Of a stretch of 64,000 bases of DNA, positions 33,689 to 51,270 are shown piece after piece. Position 1 is the first letter of the stretch, and each line of letters begins with the position of its first letter. The notes beneath the pieces were generated by a model, which saw only the letters and a program-made list of their open reading frames with translations, made no database searches and had not been told where the DNA came from. Origin of the DNA: Eledone cirrhosa (taxonomy: Eukaryota); contig OZ024743.1 in assembly GCA_964016885.1 (NCBI GenBank), positions 1,612,001-1,676,000 of the forward strand. The letters are read 5' to 3'. Position numbers and translations under genes: made by a program.

Positions 33689-35969
33689 TGACGCTATGGA
33701 TTTCCACAATGCAAACTGGGAAGCGATCAGTCATGATCTTGCACATGTCGACTGGTCCTTCACGCACACTCATACACCCACTAACATCAAAAAGTCCTGG
33801 CAGACATTTGTGGACACTGTTACAAACATATGTGCTAAACACACCCCATTAAGAACTATAAACAAATCTAAGAGCAGAATCCCTAGAAATAGAAAAACGC
33901 TCATCAGAAAAATTAAGAGAACGAACAAAAAAATCAACAATCTGAAATACTGTCAGCAGCAACACATCAACTTGACTGCCATTTCATCACTAGAGATTAA
34001 AAAACATAACCTCCAAAACAACATAATGTCCCTCATCAACAATCAGAGAAGAGCTGAAGAGGCCTGGGCCATTGAGAAGATCAAACTCAATCCCAAAGTG
34101 TTCTTTTCATTTGCAAAAAAACACAAAATCACTGGCTCTACTGTTGGCCCTCTAATTGATGAAAATGGCACTCTTCAAGACAATGCTAAAACCATGGGTG
34201 AGATACTGCAGAAACAATACTGCTCTGTTTTCAGCAATCCTGATATGGCCGATCTGGGCTGTATCGGCGATGTTACTCCCCATTACACCTTATCGGACAT
34301 AACGTTTGGCACCCCTGATGTCTTGGCGGCAATAAAGGAAATCAAGCATAACTCAGCAGTAGGTCCCGATAGGTTCCCTGCTTGTGTCTTGAAGGCGTGT
34401 CAACACCAACTTGCTTCTCCTCTTGCCAATCTGTGGCGGAACTCACTGGATGCTGGATATGTGCCAGAAAACCTTCTATCCCAGTCTGTTGTCCCAGTTT
34501 TCAAAAAGGGAAACAAATCCCTTGCCGTGAATTACCGTCCAATCTCACTCACCTCTCATATCATTAAGGTATTTGAGCGAGTGGTGAGATCGCGAATGAC
34601 CCACTTCCTTGAGAGTAACAATATGCTGAACTCCAACCAGCATGGATTCCGTAATGGAAGGGATTGCCTGACGCAACTACTGCATCACTTTGATGACATT
34701 TTGAGAGCCTTGGGAGAGGGTTCCAACACTGATGTTATCTACCTTGATTTCAGCAAGGCCTTTGACAGGGTTGATCATAACATTCTACTGAGAAAGCTGT
34801 CCAATATTGGTGTCACTGGAAAGCTGCTGCAGTGGATCAAGAGCTTCCTGTCAAACAGAACCCAACATGTTGTAGTTGAGGGAGTCAAATCAAGCCCAGC
34901 CAAAGTCAGTAGTGGAGTCCCACAAGGCACTGTGTTGGGCCCACTTCTCTTCATCATCTATATTAATGACATCACTGACATCATCAAACACAGCAACATT
35001 AAAATTTTCGCTGATGATTCCAAGCTCCAAAAGGTCATCAATGGCGTGGATGACCGGATAAGCCTTCAGTCAGACCTACTGGCTGTTACCCAATGGGCAG
35101 AAAAGAACAACATGTTACTGAACGAAGACAAATTCGAACTGATCCACTTTGGAAAAGAGGATGCTCTGAAACTCCCGTACTCCCTTCCCTCCGGGGAAAC
35201 TCTCGTGGCATCTAACAACATCAGAGACTTGGGAGTAACCGTGGACAGCAACATAAGCTGGACCACGCATATAAGCAGCAAAGTTGACATGGCCCGCAGA
35301 ATGTGTTCCTGGATCCTCAGAACCTTCCAGTCGAGAGATTCCCGCACCATTATCCTTCTCTTCTCTACTTTCGCCCGACCACACCTTGAATACTGTTGTC
35401 CACTGTGGTCTCCCCACACGAAACAAAGTATCATGAAACTTGAAGCTCCTCAAAGGGCAATCACGAAAAAGATAGATGGCATGTCAGACCTTGACTACTG
35501 GGGTCGATTGGAAAACCTGAAACTTTACTCACTCCAACGTCGCCGTGAGCGTTATATTATCTGCATGATGTGGAAAATGTTCCATCATCACTGCCCAAAT
35601 GATGTTGGCATCGCCTTCAAGATACACCCAAGGCTTGGGCCCCGTGCTATCCGTCCCATTCAAAAATCTAAATCGCAACTCATAACAACAATACGGCACA
35701 ATTATTTCACCTCAATCGGCCCTGCTCTCTTCAACATCACACCAGGACACGTCAAAACAGAAACTGACCACACAAAATTCAAGAAGTCTTTGGACAAATT
35801 CCTCCAAGTAATCCCGGACAAACCACCCACACCCGGATATGTCTCCGCAAACAGTAATTCTCTTCTCGAATGGGCCATGGTGCCCAAATCCTGAATTGAA
35901 AGACTTCGCCAGGTGGTGCTATTAAGTTAGACATGGCCTGGGCCAATACTGGCCAAAACATTTCAAAGT

Positions 35970-35970
<1 letters not shown>
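33689..35970 (+). mobile_element. CR1-group LINE, 5'-truncated, uninterrupted RT frame, in (TA)n
   Basis: Open frame to 35894; 3' UTR hairpin tggcc...ggcca; (TA)n on both sides. Confidence 0.92.
33696..35894 (+). CDS. LINE ORF2 reverse transcriptase (partial, no APE domain)
   Basis: [68 protein letters not shown]. The N-terminal ~50 aa of the tracked ORF come from repeat sequence. Confidence 0.88.
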   Translation: MDFHNANWEAISHDLAHVDWSFTHTHTPTNIKKSWQTFVDTVTNICAKHTPLRTINKSKSRIPRNRKTLIRKIKRTNKKINNLKYCQQQHINLTAISSLEIKKHNLQNNIMSLINNQRRAEEAWAIEKIKLNPKVFFSFAKKHKITGSTVGPLIDENGTLQDNAKTMGEILQKQYCSVFSNPDMADLGCIGDVTPHYTLSDITFGTPDVLAAIKEIKHNSAVGPDRFPACVLKACQHQLASPLANLWRNSLDAGYVPENLLSQSVVPVFKKGNKSLAVNYRPISLTSHIIKVFERVVRSRMTHFLESNNMLNSNQHGFRNGRDCLTQLLHHFDDILRALGEGSNTDVIYLDFSKAFDRVDHNILLRKLSNIGVTGKLLQWIKSFLSNRTQHVVVEGVKSSPAKVSSGVPQGTVLGPLLFIIYINDITDIIKHSNIKIFADDSKLQKVINGVDDRISLQSDLLAVTQWAEKNNMLLNEDKFELIHFGKEDALKLPYSLPSGETLVASNNIRDLGVTVDSNISWTTHISSKVDMARRMCSWILRTFQSRDSRTIILLFSTFARPHLEYCCPLWSPHTKQSIMKLEAPQRAITKKIDGMSDLDYWGRLENLKLYSLQRRRERYIICMMWKMFHHHCPNDVGIAFKIHPRLGPRAIRPIQKSKSQLITTIRHNYFTSIGPALFNITPGHVKTETDHTKFKKSLDKFLQVIPDKPPTPGYVSANSNSLLEWAMVPKS

Positions 35971-38361
<2,391 letters not shown>

Positions 38362-38731
38362 TGTTATAAAGGCCATACAAACTGAGACGGCGGTTAAGAA
38401 GCTATCAACCACCTAAGCCAAAAAGACGAGGCAAGCTAAACGGGTCAAACAAAATAAATGAAATATTTACCCGGACCTTTGGAAATGATGGTATAATCCA
38501 GTACAGGGTTTCTGCGACACCTAAATCAATAATGCTGTCTGTTTAAAATAATAATCTTTTGGTATAATGATCGAACAAGGCTGTTAGTTTGTCCGTTTCA
38601 GTTTGTATGGCCTTTATAACCTAGGTTTATTGCTCTGGTCTCTATTGGTCCATGGAGCGCTTGCCAGCATAACTCGGATATTGCGTTTCGCTTATTTTCG
38701 ACCTGCCGAAATACGATTCACGCTGAATTTA

Positions 38732-38735
<4 letters not shown>
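38362..38735. mobile_element. Fold-back fragment of the HHR family seen at 51280-52058
   Basis: 38362-38389 is inverted at 38593-38620; the minus strand 38469-38580 carries GAAAccc...ggUC cgggt (HHR 3' half). Confidence 0.65.
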
Positions 38736-38780
<45 letters not shown>

Positions 38781-38967
38781 CGAAGGAAATGTGGTAAGGA
38801 ACCAGGTGGACCATAACGCACCAAAGTACTCAATAATTAGGGTAGTAGAGTGGGTAATAGGAACAAGTAAGACCCCGACGGCTGAGCTCAAGCCGTTTCG
38901 ACGGCTAATTCTGTACTGAATTAGCCGTCGAAACGGCTTGAGCTCAGCCGTCGGGGTCTTACTTGTT

Positions 38968-39008
<41 letters not shown>

Positions 39009-39042
39009 TGAGTGTATATATATATATATATATATATATACA

Positions 39043-39084
<42 letters not shown>

Positions 39085-39338
39085 CCTTGACCGATCAGTC
39101 TGTCGGGCGTTTATTCGGCGCCGCTGGTCACAGCACGTCGTGCTGTTTTAGCCATAAGATAACGCAATCACACTGGCTGGGCGGGCAGGCCGGTACTTCT
39201 TCATCTCATTTCTGAGCAAACTGGAGCAACGTGAAATAAAGTGTCTTGATCAAGGAAACAACACATCACCCGATCCGAGAATTGAACTCACAACCTTTCG
39301 ATAGCAAGCCCAATGCTCTAACCACTAAGCCATGCGCC

Positions 39339-39340
<2 letters not shown>
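39085..39340 (-). mobile_element. tRNA-derived SINE (CORE-like; related copies 47320-47440 on -, 63667-63945 on +)
   Basis: A box tggcttagtggt and B-box-like gagttcaattc, followed by gttgtttccttgatcaagacactttatttcacgttgctcc. Confidence 0.7.
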
Positions 39341-39415
<75 letters not shown>

Positions 39416-39424
39416 ACACGCACT

Positions 39425-39463
<39 letters not shown>

Positions 39464-39920
39464 ACATATATATATATAAAACGATATAAATATTGTATAT
39501 ATCTTATTACCACCACCGACTTTGTTTTCTTGCGCACACAAACACACATACATTCACAAACACATACACACAGACGAACGTTGACAATGCACACTAACCT
39601 TAATCATGTGATAGGGGAGGGGACTCGAGATGTCGTAAACAACTCTCATGAACACGTGCGTACATTTTCAGACAGTCACACACAAACATACAGACAAATT
39701 TCTGTTTATTTGCCACTAGGGCACAAAAGAAAGGGACATGTACATCGGTGGGGGGAGTTTACATAAAAATCGAGTAAGAAAAATATAACAAACAAAATAA
39801 TAACAAGAAGGTCCTCAATAGGGAGGGATCGTTTTGGGGTCACACACACCCCCGAAAAAAAGTGTGCGACCCTTCTCCACGGGAGCACAAAGAGAGAGTG
39901 CTCCCTTCTTTCTGTTCCAC

Positions 39921-42900
39921 CTACAGGCTGAGGTAGAGAGAAGGCCCATTCACACGGGCCATTCTCGCAACTTTCACCCACCTTTCATAAAACTGGCTGG
40001 AGTGGAGCACCTCTCTCTCCATCCTGATCCTTCTTCCGAAATGGTATCGGAAAAAAAGGACCAGTTGTTGGCCGGAGAGAAAGGTGTCCGACCTCAGCCC
40101 TTTCAGACGCGTCCACCATATAGCCTCTTTTACCATGGCTATTACACAGAGGAAGACCGCCTCTCCTTCATTTTTGAAGTGGGGAGGCGGCTTGATCGTT
40201 ACAATGGACTCGGTGGTCAACCTAATTGGTCCCACCCGTGACAGCAGTTGTTCGACATAGCCCCACAGATCGGCAACGCCCGGGCAGTGCACCAATGCGT
40301 GCGCGACGGTTTCCTCGTCGCGCACGCATCTGGGACAGATCTTTTTCGAGGGGTCCCTACCCGGGCGCCCGTGTCTGTAGAGCTTATCCCGAACGGGCAG
40401 AGCCCCTCGGTAGCACTGCCAGGCCAAGGACTTCTGGAAGTTGTCCATAGGTCCCGGGCCGAAAGTCCTACCGAATAGACTGGCCAGTTCGTCCTCCTCC
40501 ATGCCTAGGGCTTCTCCGAGGGCGTCGTCGCACCCGTTAACCACCAGCCCTCTATAGAATGACGAGGTGGAGTCTCCGTCGATAGCCGGGTCCGCCTGCC
40601 AGAGAGCCGTGAGCGCCTGGGCACACTCGGTGTGCCAGTCGCCCAGTTTTCTCGGTCTTTGCTTCACCCAGGACTGCAGCTCGGTGAGCGAGACGAGCCT
40701 CGGGAAGGCTCGCCTCACAAACGGGGCCCACACCGGTTGACCGGTGAGGAATACGTGGAGGTGCCTTAGCCTCAATGCGTGTTTACGCATTTTTAGCCAC
40801 GGCATCCCCAGCCCTCCTTTCAAAGGGTGTTGACAGCAGATGGATCTCCTCACTAGAGGAGACCTCTTCTTCCAAAGGAAATAAAAGAGGGCGCGCTCCA
40901 TTTTGGCGAGGATCTCACCCGGGCAAGGCACGACAGTCAAGCGGTAATAGATGACGGACGCTATGTAAGCGTTCGCCACCTCCGCCCGACCTTTTAGGGA
41001 TAGTTTGCACTCGGCCCACTTCTGGGTCAGTGCAAACACCCTATTCGTCACCTCACCCCAGTTTTTCTCCACCTGGAGGTCCGGTCCGAACCAGACCCCA
41101 AGCAACTTCACCGGGCCCTCCGTCCACCGTCCGACGATACCGTCGCACGACATCGCTTTGCCCCTCCACTCGCCGAGTTGCAAAGCGACTGACTTGTCCC
41201 GGTTCAGCTTAGCCCCTGTCAACCTTTCGTACTCCTCTAGTAAGGTGCCGATCGCCTCGATTTCCGAGGCGGTCGACACCATTACTGTTACGTCATCGGC
41301 GTAGGCCGACACCGCTTTGCGCAATCCCGGTTCCAAAGGGATGCCCTGCAACAACTCCAACTTCCGCAGTAATGGCTCGAGAGTCAATACATACAGAAGG
41401 GAGGAGAGAGGGCACCCCTGTCGGATGGAGCGGGTGATTTCGAACGGCTCCGAAAGGTAGCCGTTCACCTTGACTCTAGAGCAGATGCGGCTGCTGTGCA
41501 TGGCAGTGATCCAGCCCCTGAAAACGGGTCCGAACCCAGCCGCCGCTAGCACCGCATCCAGGTAACCATGGTCCACCCTATCGAACGCTTTAGACTGATC
41601 TAAATTTATCAGGGCCCCACCAAAGCCGGGTTCGTTCCCAACCCTCTCTATGATGTATCGCATGAGGTGGAGGTTGTCGTGGATGGACCTGGACGGGATA
41701 GCGCATGTCTGCGCATCTCCCACCAGGCCCCCCACGACAAGCGCCAACCTCTTCGCTAACACCTTCGCCAAAATTTTTAACTCTGCATTTAGCAGAGTTA
41801 TGGGCCTAAAATTACTAATGTCATCCCCCTTGTTCTCGTACTTCCTCACTAGCGAGACTACGCCCTTGGTCACAGAACAGGGAATTCTCCCGTTCTGTTG
41901 CCAGTTGCAGTAGACCGCCTCGAGGAGATCGGGGAACAAGTCCGGCATATTAATATATAGTTCGTAGGGCAGACCATCGAGTCCTGGAGATTTGCGTTTG
42001 CCGCATAGGCTCAGCACGTCCCCTATTTCAGCAGCTGAGATCGGCCCGTCGCAGGACCTCGCCTCCCTGTCCGAAAGACGCGGCAGACCGTCGAGGTATG
42101 GACCGAAATCCACATCTCCAACCGGCTCCCCGCCCCTCCCGAACAATTGGGCAAAGTGCCTTTGAAAGGCCTCGCACATTTGCTTAGGTTCAAGGATCAG
42201 CCGTCCATCCTGGTCTCGCAAAGACCGGATAGTGGATTTAATCCCACTTTTCGCTTCTGTCACGCGGGCCCAGCTAACAGCTTTGGTCCCCTCGTTTCCC
42301 AGAGCACGTATTTTGCTTCGGACAACGCAGCCTTCGTGTTTCGCGTCGAAGAACTGGTTCAAGACCGTTCTCGACGCTTGCACTCTGGCCACGTTGCCGC
42401 TTCTCATTGCCTCTTCAACATTAACTACCAACTCCCTTTCCTTCCTATTTCTATCTGAGGCTAACTCCTTACTAACTCCTATTGAAACTACTCTAATCTC
42501 TCTTTTTAGAGAGCCCCACCACCTGTTGTTGACGATGGCGCCCGTCAACTGCTCCTTAACTAAGGTTCTAATCCGGTCCCTGTAAGCTCTACTTGCCGGT
42601 AAGGACAAGTTGAGCTTCCAGTAACCGGGCCCCTGCCTATGCATTCTATCAAGGTGGACTACGCAGGTCACTAACTTGTGGTCTGAATAGCCCACCATGA
42701 GCATTTCTGGACAACTTAAAAAGTCCCTATCCTTAATTCTAACTAAGAACCTATCTAGGTACGATCTAGATTGACCACTGTTATTTGACCAGGTCCAGGT
42801 TGGTACAGTCGGAAAATCTAGTCGGTATCTATCGGCCAGGTCGAATCGGCCGATTAACCCCTTAAGGCTGTTACACCCCCCTCTATCGGGACATGCCCCT

Positions 42901-43362
42901 ACATAGTCCCAACGTGCATCTAGGATACCATTCCAGTCCCCCACTAAAAGCAAGGAGCGGGACGTCCCTAGAAAAGTCTCCAGACGATGGAAGAAGTCCG
43001 ACCGCATTGCCCCAAAAGGGGCGTATACGGCGACAAGCCTAAAAGCTTCGCCTTCGCCATTGCCAAGGTCCAGAACCACGAGTCGACCCTCCGGGTCCAA
43101 GTGTACCGTCTGTGTAGCGAGACCCAGATGTTTTTGCAGCAGAACGACAACCCCACCCCCACCTCCAGGCTGACAGAGAGATGCGTGCATCTCAAAGTCA
43201 TCAAAGGTGGGGGTTAGCTGTCGCATGCTGCTGATCCGGGCCTCCCTCGCAAATAACCATCACATTTACACATTGTGACCTGAGGTCACTTAGAAGTTTA
43301 GCTTGCTTCCAAGGTGAGCCCAGGCCACGCGCATTTAGACATCCTACTCTTAAGACAGCCAT
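39921..43362 (-). CDS. ORF2: APE endonuclease + RT + C-terminal CCHC zinc motif; one frameshift near 43245
   Basis: Likely start MAVLRVGCLNARGL at 43362; VGDWN, SYLDRFLV, SDHKLV; [45 protein letters not shown]; CPRC...HALVHC. Confidence 0.92.
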
Positions 43363-43385
43363 GTTGGTGGCAAAGAAAGAGGCAC

Positions 43386-45146
43386 TTACCTCTCTGCGTC
43401 CCGGGGTTCGGGTCGCTCAGTTTCCATGGGGCTGGTGGAGGGGTTGATGGGTGGGGTGGTGGTTTGTGGTGGTGTGGGGGTATTAGTGTGTGGAGGGGTT
43501 GGGATCTTTGGAGTTGTGTGGGTGTTTGAGGAGGGGAGGGGAAAACCTTTCAGGAGGACGCGGTTGAGTGGCCTGGTGCAGGGTGGGCCCACGTCCTCAG
43601 GGTACATGTCTTTTAAAGTTTTGAAAATGTCAAGTGGGATTTTCACCATTTTCAGGTTAGGGAGCCCCATTGCCGTTACGAAATTCGGCCCTTCGGTTTG
43701 TATCGAAGGGTTGGTTTCTATTTTTAAAGTTAGGTTTTCATTGTTTTTGTTTATGTAGAGTTTTTGTGTTGTTGTGTTTGTTTTTGCTTGTTGTTGTTGA
43801 GTGAGTTTGCGTTTTATTGTCTGTGTTGTGTTGTCAGGTGGGGTTATTTTTGTTGTTGTGGTGTGTGTACGTTTTTTTCTTTTCACTTTTTGGAAGGGAG
43901 CCCCCTCGTCTTCCGACGATATGAGCTCCTCTTCCGTATTGGAGGGGAGGGGTATATCTCCGGGTTGTGTATGAACTGTTTTTGTATTTGTGTTCTGTGG
44001 GGTGGGGCTGGGTGGGACCGTGTTTTGGGTTGTTTTCTTGAGCTGTTGTTGATGTTGTTGTTGTTGTTGTTGTTGTTGTGGTGGTGGTGGTGGTGTTGTT
44101 GGTTTTTGTTGTTCTGGTGGTGATGGTAGTGTATTTTGTTGTTTTTGTGATGGTGGTGCTGGTTGTTTTTGTTGTTGTTGTGGTGTTTGTAGCAGTGGTT
44201 TTTTAGTTGTTAGTAGAGGGCAGGCCGTCCTCAGGTGACCTCTGCCAGCGCAGTGGTAACATGAGGGTCTCCTGCCTTCCACTGTGATATTTATGTAGGT
44301 TCGCCCATCCAGTAGCACTCGGTCGGGTATTCCGGAGATTCTCTCAGGTGTCATCTGTAAGAGAACCTCCAGACTTTTCCCCCCGAACAGTCCACTGGTG
44401 GACTCCCCTGCTGAAATTAGTATGTCCTTATCTAGGTCGGTAAATCCTGTTAGGACGGACCAGATGTTAATTTCTGGCGTAGGGCTCCACATTCTTATCC
44501 TTTGTGTTCTTCTTCCTTTATATGTGGGGAAGAAGGTGTATTGTGGTGACACTATAGGTGCCACCGAATATTTCTGAGCCAGCATTTCGTCCTTCATTCG
44601 GACCATAATGCTGGCATACAGCTTTCCTCTTTGAATAAAGAGTATGTCATTTTTAATTTCTTTCAGAACCAGCTCGATTTGACTTTCGGTCAATTGCGCT
44701 GGCTTTCTCGTTTCGTTGGTTATGGTTCTGTAGCTTACGGTATTCTTGTAAATCTGTTCACGCACTTCTTCTGGGGAGTTGATCGTAAAAGAACCATCCT
44801 CCCCAAAAGATACGTATTTTCTAGCCTCTAGCAAATTTTCCTTGGCGTTCGTGATGTCAATGGCTTTGTATTCCGTGGCTCTCCTGAGTGTTTGGGCAAA
44901 AGAAATTTTGTCTTTGTTTGTTGTTGTAATGTTGTTGGTTTCCTTATTTGTGGTGTTATTTTTCTCTTGAAAATTAATTTTTTCATTTGAATTGAAATTC
45001 TTTTTTTCATTGGAGAGGAGGGGTTGTTCAACAGTTTGAACTGTTGTTCCCTCTTTCCCGCTTGTTTTTTTGGTCGGCGTGGCGTTCGCTTCCAATATGG
45101 CGATATCGTTTTCGACGATATCGTTATCAACGATATCGATAAACAT
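43386..45146 (-). CDS. ORF1 gag-like nucleic-acid-binding protein with CCHC zinc knuckle
   Basis: 586 aa; CYHCAGRGHLRTAC; Q/P/T-rich tail; directly upstream of ORF2. Confidence 0.85.
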   Translation of the reverse strand: MFIDIVDNDIVENDIAILEANATPTKKTSGKEGTTVQTVEQPLLSNEKKNFNSNEKINFQEKNNTTNKETNNITTTNKDKISFAQTLRRATEYKAIDITNAKENLLEARKYVSFGEDGSFTINSPEEVREQIYKNTVSYRTITNETRKPAQLTESQIELVLKEIKNDILFIQRGKLYASIMVRMKDEMLAQKYSVAPIVSPQYTFFPTYKGRRTQRIRMWSPTPEINIWSVLTGFTDLDKDILISAGESTSGLFGGKSLEVLLQMTPERISGIPDRVLLDGRTYINITVEGRRPSCYHCAGRGHLRTACPLLTTKKPLLQTPQQQQKQPAPPSQKQQNTLPSPPEQQKPTTPPPPPQQQQQQQQHQQQLKKTTQNTVPPSPTPQNTNTKTVHTQPGDIPLPSNTEEELISSEDEGAPFQKVKRKKRTHTTTTKITPPDNTTQTIKRKLTQQQQAKTNTTTQKLYINKNNENLTLKIETNPSIQTEGPNFVTAMGLPNLKMVKIPLDIFKTLKDMYPEDVGPPCTRPLNRVLLKGFPLPSSNTHTTPKIPTPPHTNTPTPPQTTTPPINPSTSPMETERPEPRDAER

Positions 45147-45390
45147 TTCTGAAATATTTATTTTTCACCCCAAAAGGGGTGAAAATATATTTACTCGACG
45201 TCTAGAGTCCCAGACTAGGGGTTAGCGTTAATTATACAAAAGAATTCAAAAAATTCCACTCACAAAAATAGCAGGTAAAAATCCAAATCACAGAGCGATA
45301 TGACACACGTCTACTATCCTCAGACAGACAGACAGACAGACAGACAAGCAGACAGACAAGCAGACAAGCAGACAGACAAGCAGACAAGCA

Positions 45391-45482
<92 letters not shown>

Positions 45483-45769
45483 CACGCACACACAGACAAG
45501 CACACACACACACACTTAGAATATTAATTTGTATATCTCCATCTTTAGATTATAATCGTGTAATCAAACAATTACACGTGCGCGCCCACACAAGCTTGCA
45601 CCCCCCCATATATATATATATATATATTTATAAAACCATATTTATTTTATTATATATATTTCAAGGGCACCAAAACACTTTGGTACGCTTTCTTCAGATA
45701 AAATACAAAGTTTGTTTTATAAATGTGCCCCAGCATGGCCTCAGCCGGATGGCTGAAACAGGTAAAAGA

Positions 45770-45806
<37 letters not shown>

Positions 45807-46077
45807 GGTAAACATTGATGCAATTCAATTCAAGCACTCAACGTACTTTTTCCACATAGGAGTGACGGAGTAAATATCGAATAAGGAAAAGCGAAGTAGT
45901 TTCAGATGTTCAAGTATATATCACAGCATTATTATTAAAAATAATAATGCTGTGATATATATTTCAGTGACGACACTGGCCACACTGTTCTGTATGCGAG
46001 TGTCGTGTCATATCTGAAATATATATCACAGCATTATTATTAAAGGACTTGAACATCTGAAACTACTTCGCTTTTCC

Positions 46078-46116
<39 letters not shown>

Positions 46117-46602
46117 GACAGATGGTGCAGTGCACCTTACTGCTGCATTAAGTGCGACCGAAACTCGAGTCCGGGAACTATTATAGGCATCCGTTTTACG
46201 TGTCTTGTATTGAAGCGAATAACTATGTGTATACTCTGGGAATGTATCTTACATTGCCCATGGAGTGCGCTGAGATACAACCGGTCCTGGCATTGATAAA
46301 TATGCTGGGTCCGTCAACTCCTTATATATATATATATATATATATACCTTACATATTTCTATAGGTACCTAGTGCCTGTTGGAATATCCATACCCTTTTA
46401 AGATTTTTCTCCTTATGTAGAGAACAAAACGTTGTATCATGCTGCTATTTCTAGTGGCATGATCAACAAGTTTATAATAACCAGCTTTTACTTGTGGCCT
46501 AATTTTGCGCGTGTGTCACTTTAACGGCCTGACCGCATGCGTTGGGTAGGAAGCGAAATATTGATTTACTATGAGATTTGCACCCTTATGGTATGGAAAT
46601 AA

Positions 46603-46682
46603 GCTGTCTGAAGATCTAATTCTTTCCATTGGAAATTCTCTGGATTTCCAATCTTTGGATTGGTGAAACCGTCGGTAACAGC
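46603..46682 (+). ncRNA. Type I hammerhead ribozyme with extended helix II
   Basis: gctgt-CTGAAGA-t ctaattc...ttggaaat/atttccaa...ggattgg t-GAAA-ccgtcgg-TA-acagc, in a TA-flanked element at ~46346-46760. Confidence 0.85.
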
Positions 46683-46755
46683 AATAGAACAGGTGAATAT
46701 TTAAATCGTTTTTTAATTTATTTAAAAGATTGTTTGATAATTGCTTGCTCCGCTC

Positions 46756-46835
<80 letters not shown>

Positions 46836-47439
46836 GTGTGTGTGTGTGTGTGCACACACACACACATACCCGGTGTTACCCAGGCTCTAAAGTTGTTATA
46901 GTTCACAACGCGATAAGTTTTCTCGCAAAAGTTAGTTTTTATAAAGAAATGCAATGCTTTCTCCTATATCAAGTGCCGTGTTTATTGCACTGCATTATAG
47001 ATACATTTTCATTAAGTGAAATTTAAACTATTATTGAACAAAGTATTTTATATTTTGTTCATCAAATTCTCGAATATTTAGACAAACTTTTTAAAATGAG
47101 TGGAAACTATAGTGCCGAGAGGCAAACGACGAGTTGAAAGGGGGAAGAGAGATAAAAGGGGACGCTACAAAAGTTAACAGGATCAAAGTAGAAAATGAGA
47201 TGAACGGTATATATATATATATAGGAACGATCGACTTTCGTCAAATCGGACCGAGGGAACAATGTTTCCGTTGGTATTTCCAATTGCTAATACTATCTAT
47301 CGGTCGCAACTCCAGGTAGAAGGAGCAACGTGAAATAAAGTGTCTTGCTCAAGGACATAACGCATCGCCTGGTTCAGGAATCGAACTCACAACCTTACGA
47401 TTGCGAATCCAATTCTCTAACCACTCAGCCACACGCCTT

Positions 47440-48963
<1,524 letters not shown>

Positions 48964-49031
48964 AGGAAGCTCCAACCGTTAAGGTTGTCTTTTTTCCGGG
49001 TATGTCAATATTTATTTATAAAATAAATCTG

Positions 49032-49097
49032 TATTTTATCTGATGAAAGCGCACCATAATTTGCCTTGGTTGCCCTTGAAATATGTATAATAAAATA
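49032..49097 (+). ncRNA. Type I hammerhead ribozyme (3'-half relic of the same family at ~45628-45672, -)
   Basis: tattttat-CTGATGA-aagcgcacc...ggttgccctt-GAAA-tatgta-TA-ataaaata, AUA site. Confidence 0.8.
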
Positions 49098-49135
49098 AAT
49101 ATGGTTTTATAAATATAGTTTCCATTTATTAAAAT

Positions 49136-49277
<142 letters not shown>

Positions 49278-49382
49278 CAGGAGCTGATTAAACAGAGCGA
49301 TTGCCGGTCCAGCAAAAATTAGGCATTAGTATTGGTGCTCTGATAAGTGAAGTAGTGACTATCGGCAAAGGCAGCGGAGTGT

Positions 49383-49432
49383 GTGGTCTTGATAAACGCT
49401 AACAAGCGAGAAACAGACTGTCTGTCGGCCAC
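49383..49432 (+). ncRNA. Type I hammerhead ribozyme, U3-A8 variant
   Basis: gtggtc-TTGATAA-a cgct aaca agcg a-GAAA-cagactgtctg-TC-ggccac, in a TA-flanked element at ~49275-49587. Confidence 0.8.
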
Positions 49433-49599
49433 TCTCTGTTACTTTTGCTGAGATTAAGTAAGTGACATAGTCACTTCTTTAAAACTCATGGTCTTCTAAT
49501 TGTTTTTAATTAAACATACAGTATATTGCCAAATATACTATACATACATTCATGTATACATCGTTATTTCAGAGCACCAATACTAATATATATATATAT

Positions 49600-50455
<856 letters not shown>

Positions 50456-50613
50456 AATCAGTATATAGAGAGAAGTACACATAGAGGTATGTGTTTAATT
50501 ATAGGTGATAGAAAACCACCATTGTTGAACATATGTTCTACGAAAGGAAAGGTGAATTCAGATCAATTAAATGAATAAATTAAAGTGTACTAACTATCCA
50601 ATATTAACTATTA

Positions 50614-50693
50614 CACATAGACATGCCCCAATTAGGTTATGTTTCGCCATAAAAGGTGAAGATTCCATATTGCAGAGGGCTTTTCAACAAGTA
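50614..50693 (-). ncRNA. Type I hammerhead ribozyme, U3-A8 variant, decayed helix I
   Basis: tacttg-TTGAAAA-gcc...ggc-GAAA-cat aacctaattggggc atg-TC-tatgtg. Confidence 0.6.
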
Positions 50694-50826
50694 GACCACT
50701 ATATGGTCCACACTTCTAAAAATATATCAGATAACTAAAATAACGCACATGGTGTTTAGAGAAGAAAACACGCGTGTTATACAGCCCATGGAAGTCAAAA
50801 GACCGCTCAAATAGCAGCCCAGAACC

Positions 50827-50857
<31 letters not shown>

Positions 50858-51191
50858 TATTACATTTAAAATTATATGTCATGTATCATGCGCCTTATCA
50901 CCTAAGAATAAGCTCAAAGAATAAATCTGAGCATTTAATCATTACAAAATAGTGATGACATATATACATACATATATATCTAATGATATATAACTACAAT
51001 AGAACATATCAGATATTCTGTATTGAATGTAAAAACACATGGTTCATTACGGTATCATATTAAAATTTAACAAAAATTTAAAATATAGATACCTGATAAA
51101 AATAATATATGTTCTCCTTTCTACGTATCCTTCAGAAATCATGAATACGTTCCACCAAAATTTCAGTGCAGTTAGATTGGGCTCGATAAGG

Positions 51192-51270
<79 letters not shown>

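Larger units (their letters stand above)
39476..45322 (-). mobile_element. Near full-length L1/Tx1-clade LINE inserted in a (TG)n/(TA)n microsatellite
   Basis: ORF1 and ORF2 in tandem; 5' UTR starts after (GTCT)n/(GT)n; 3' UTR runs into (TA)n(TG)n. Ends are approximate. Confidence 0.9.
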
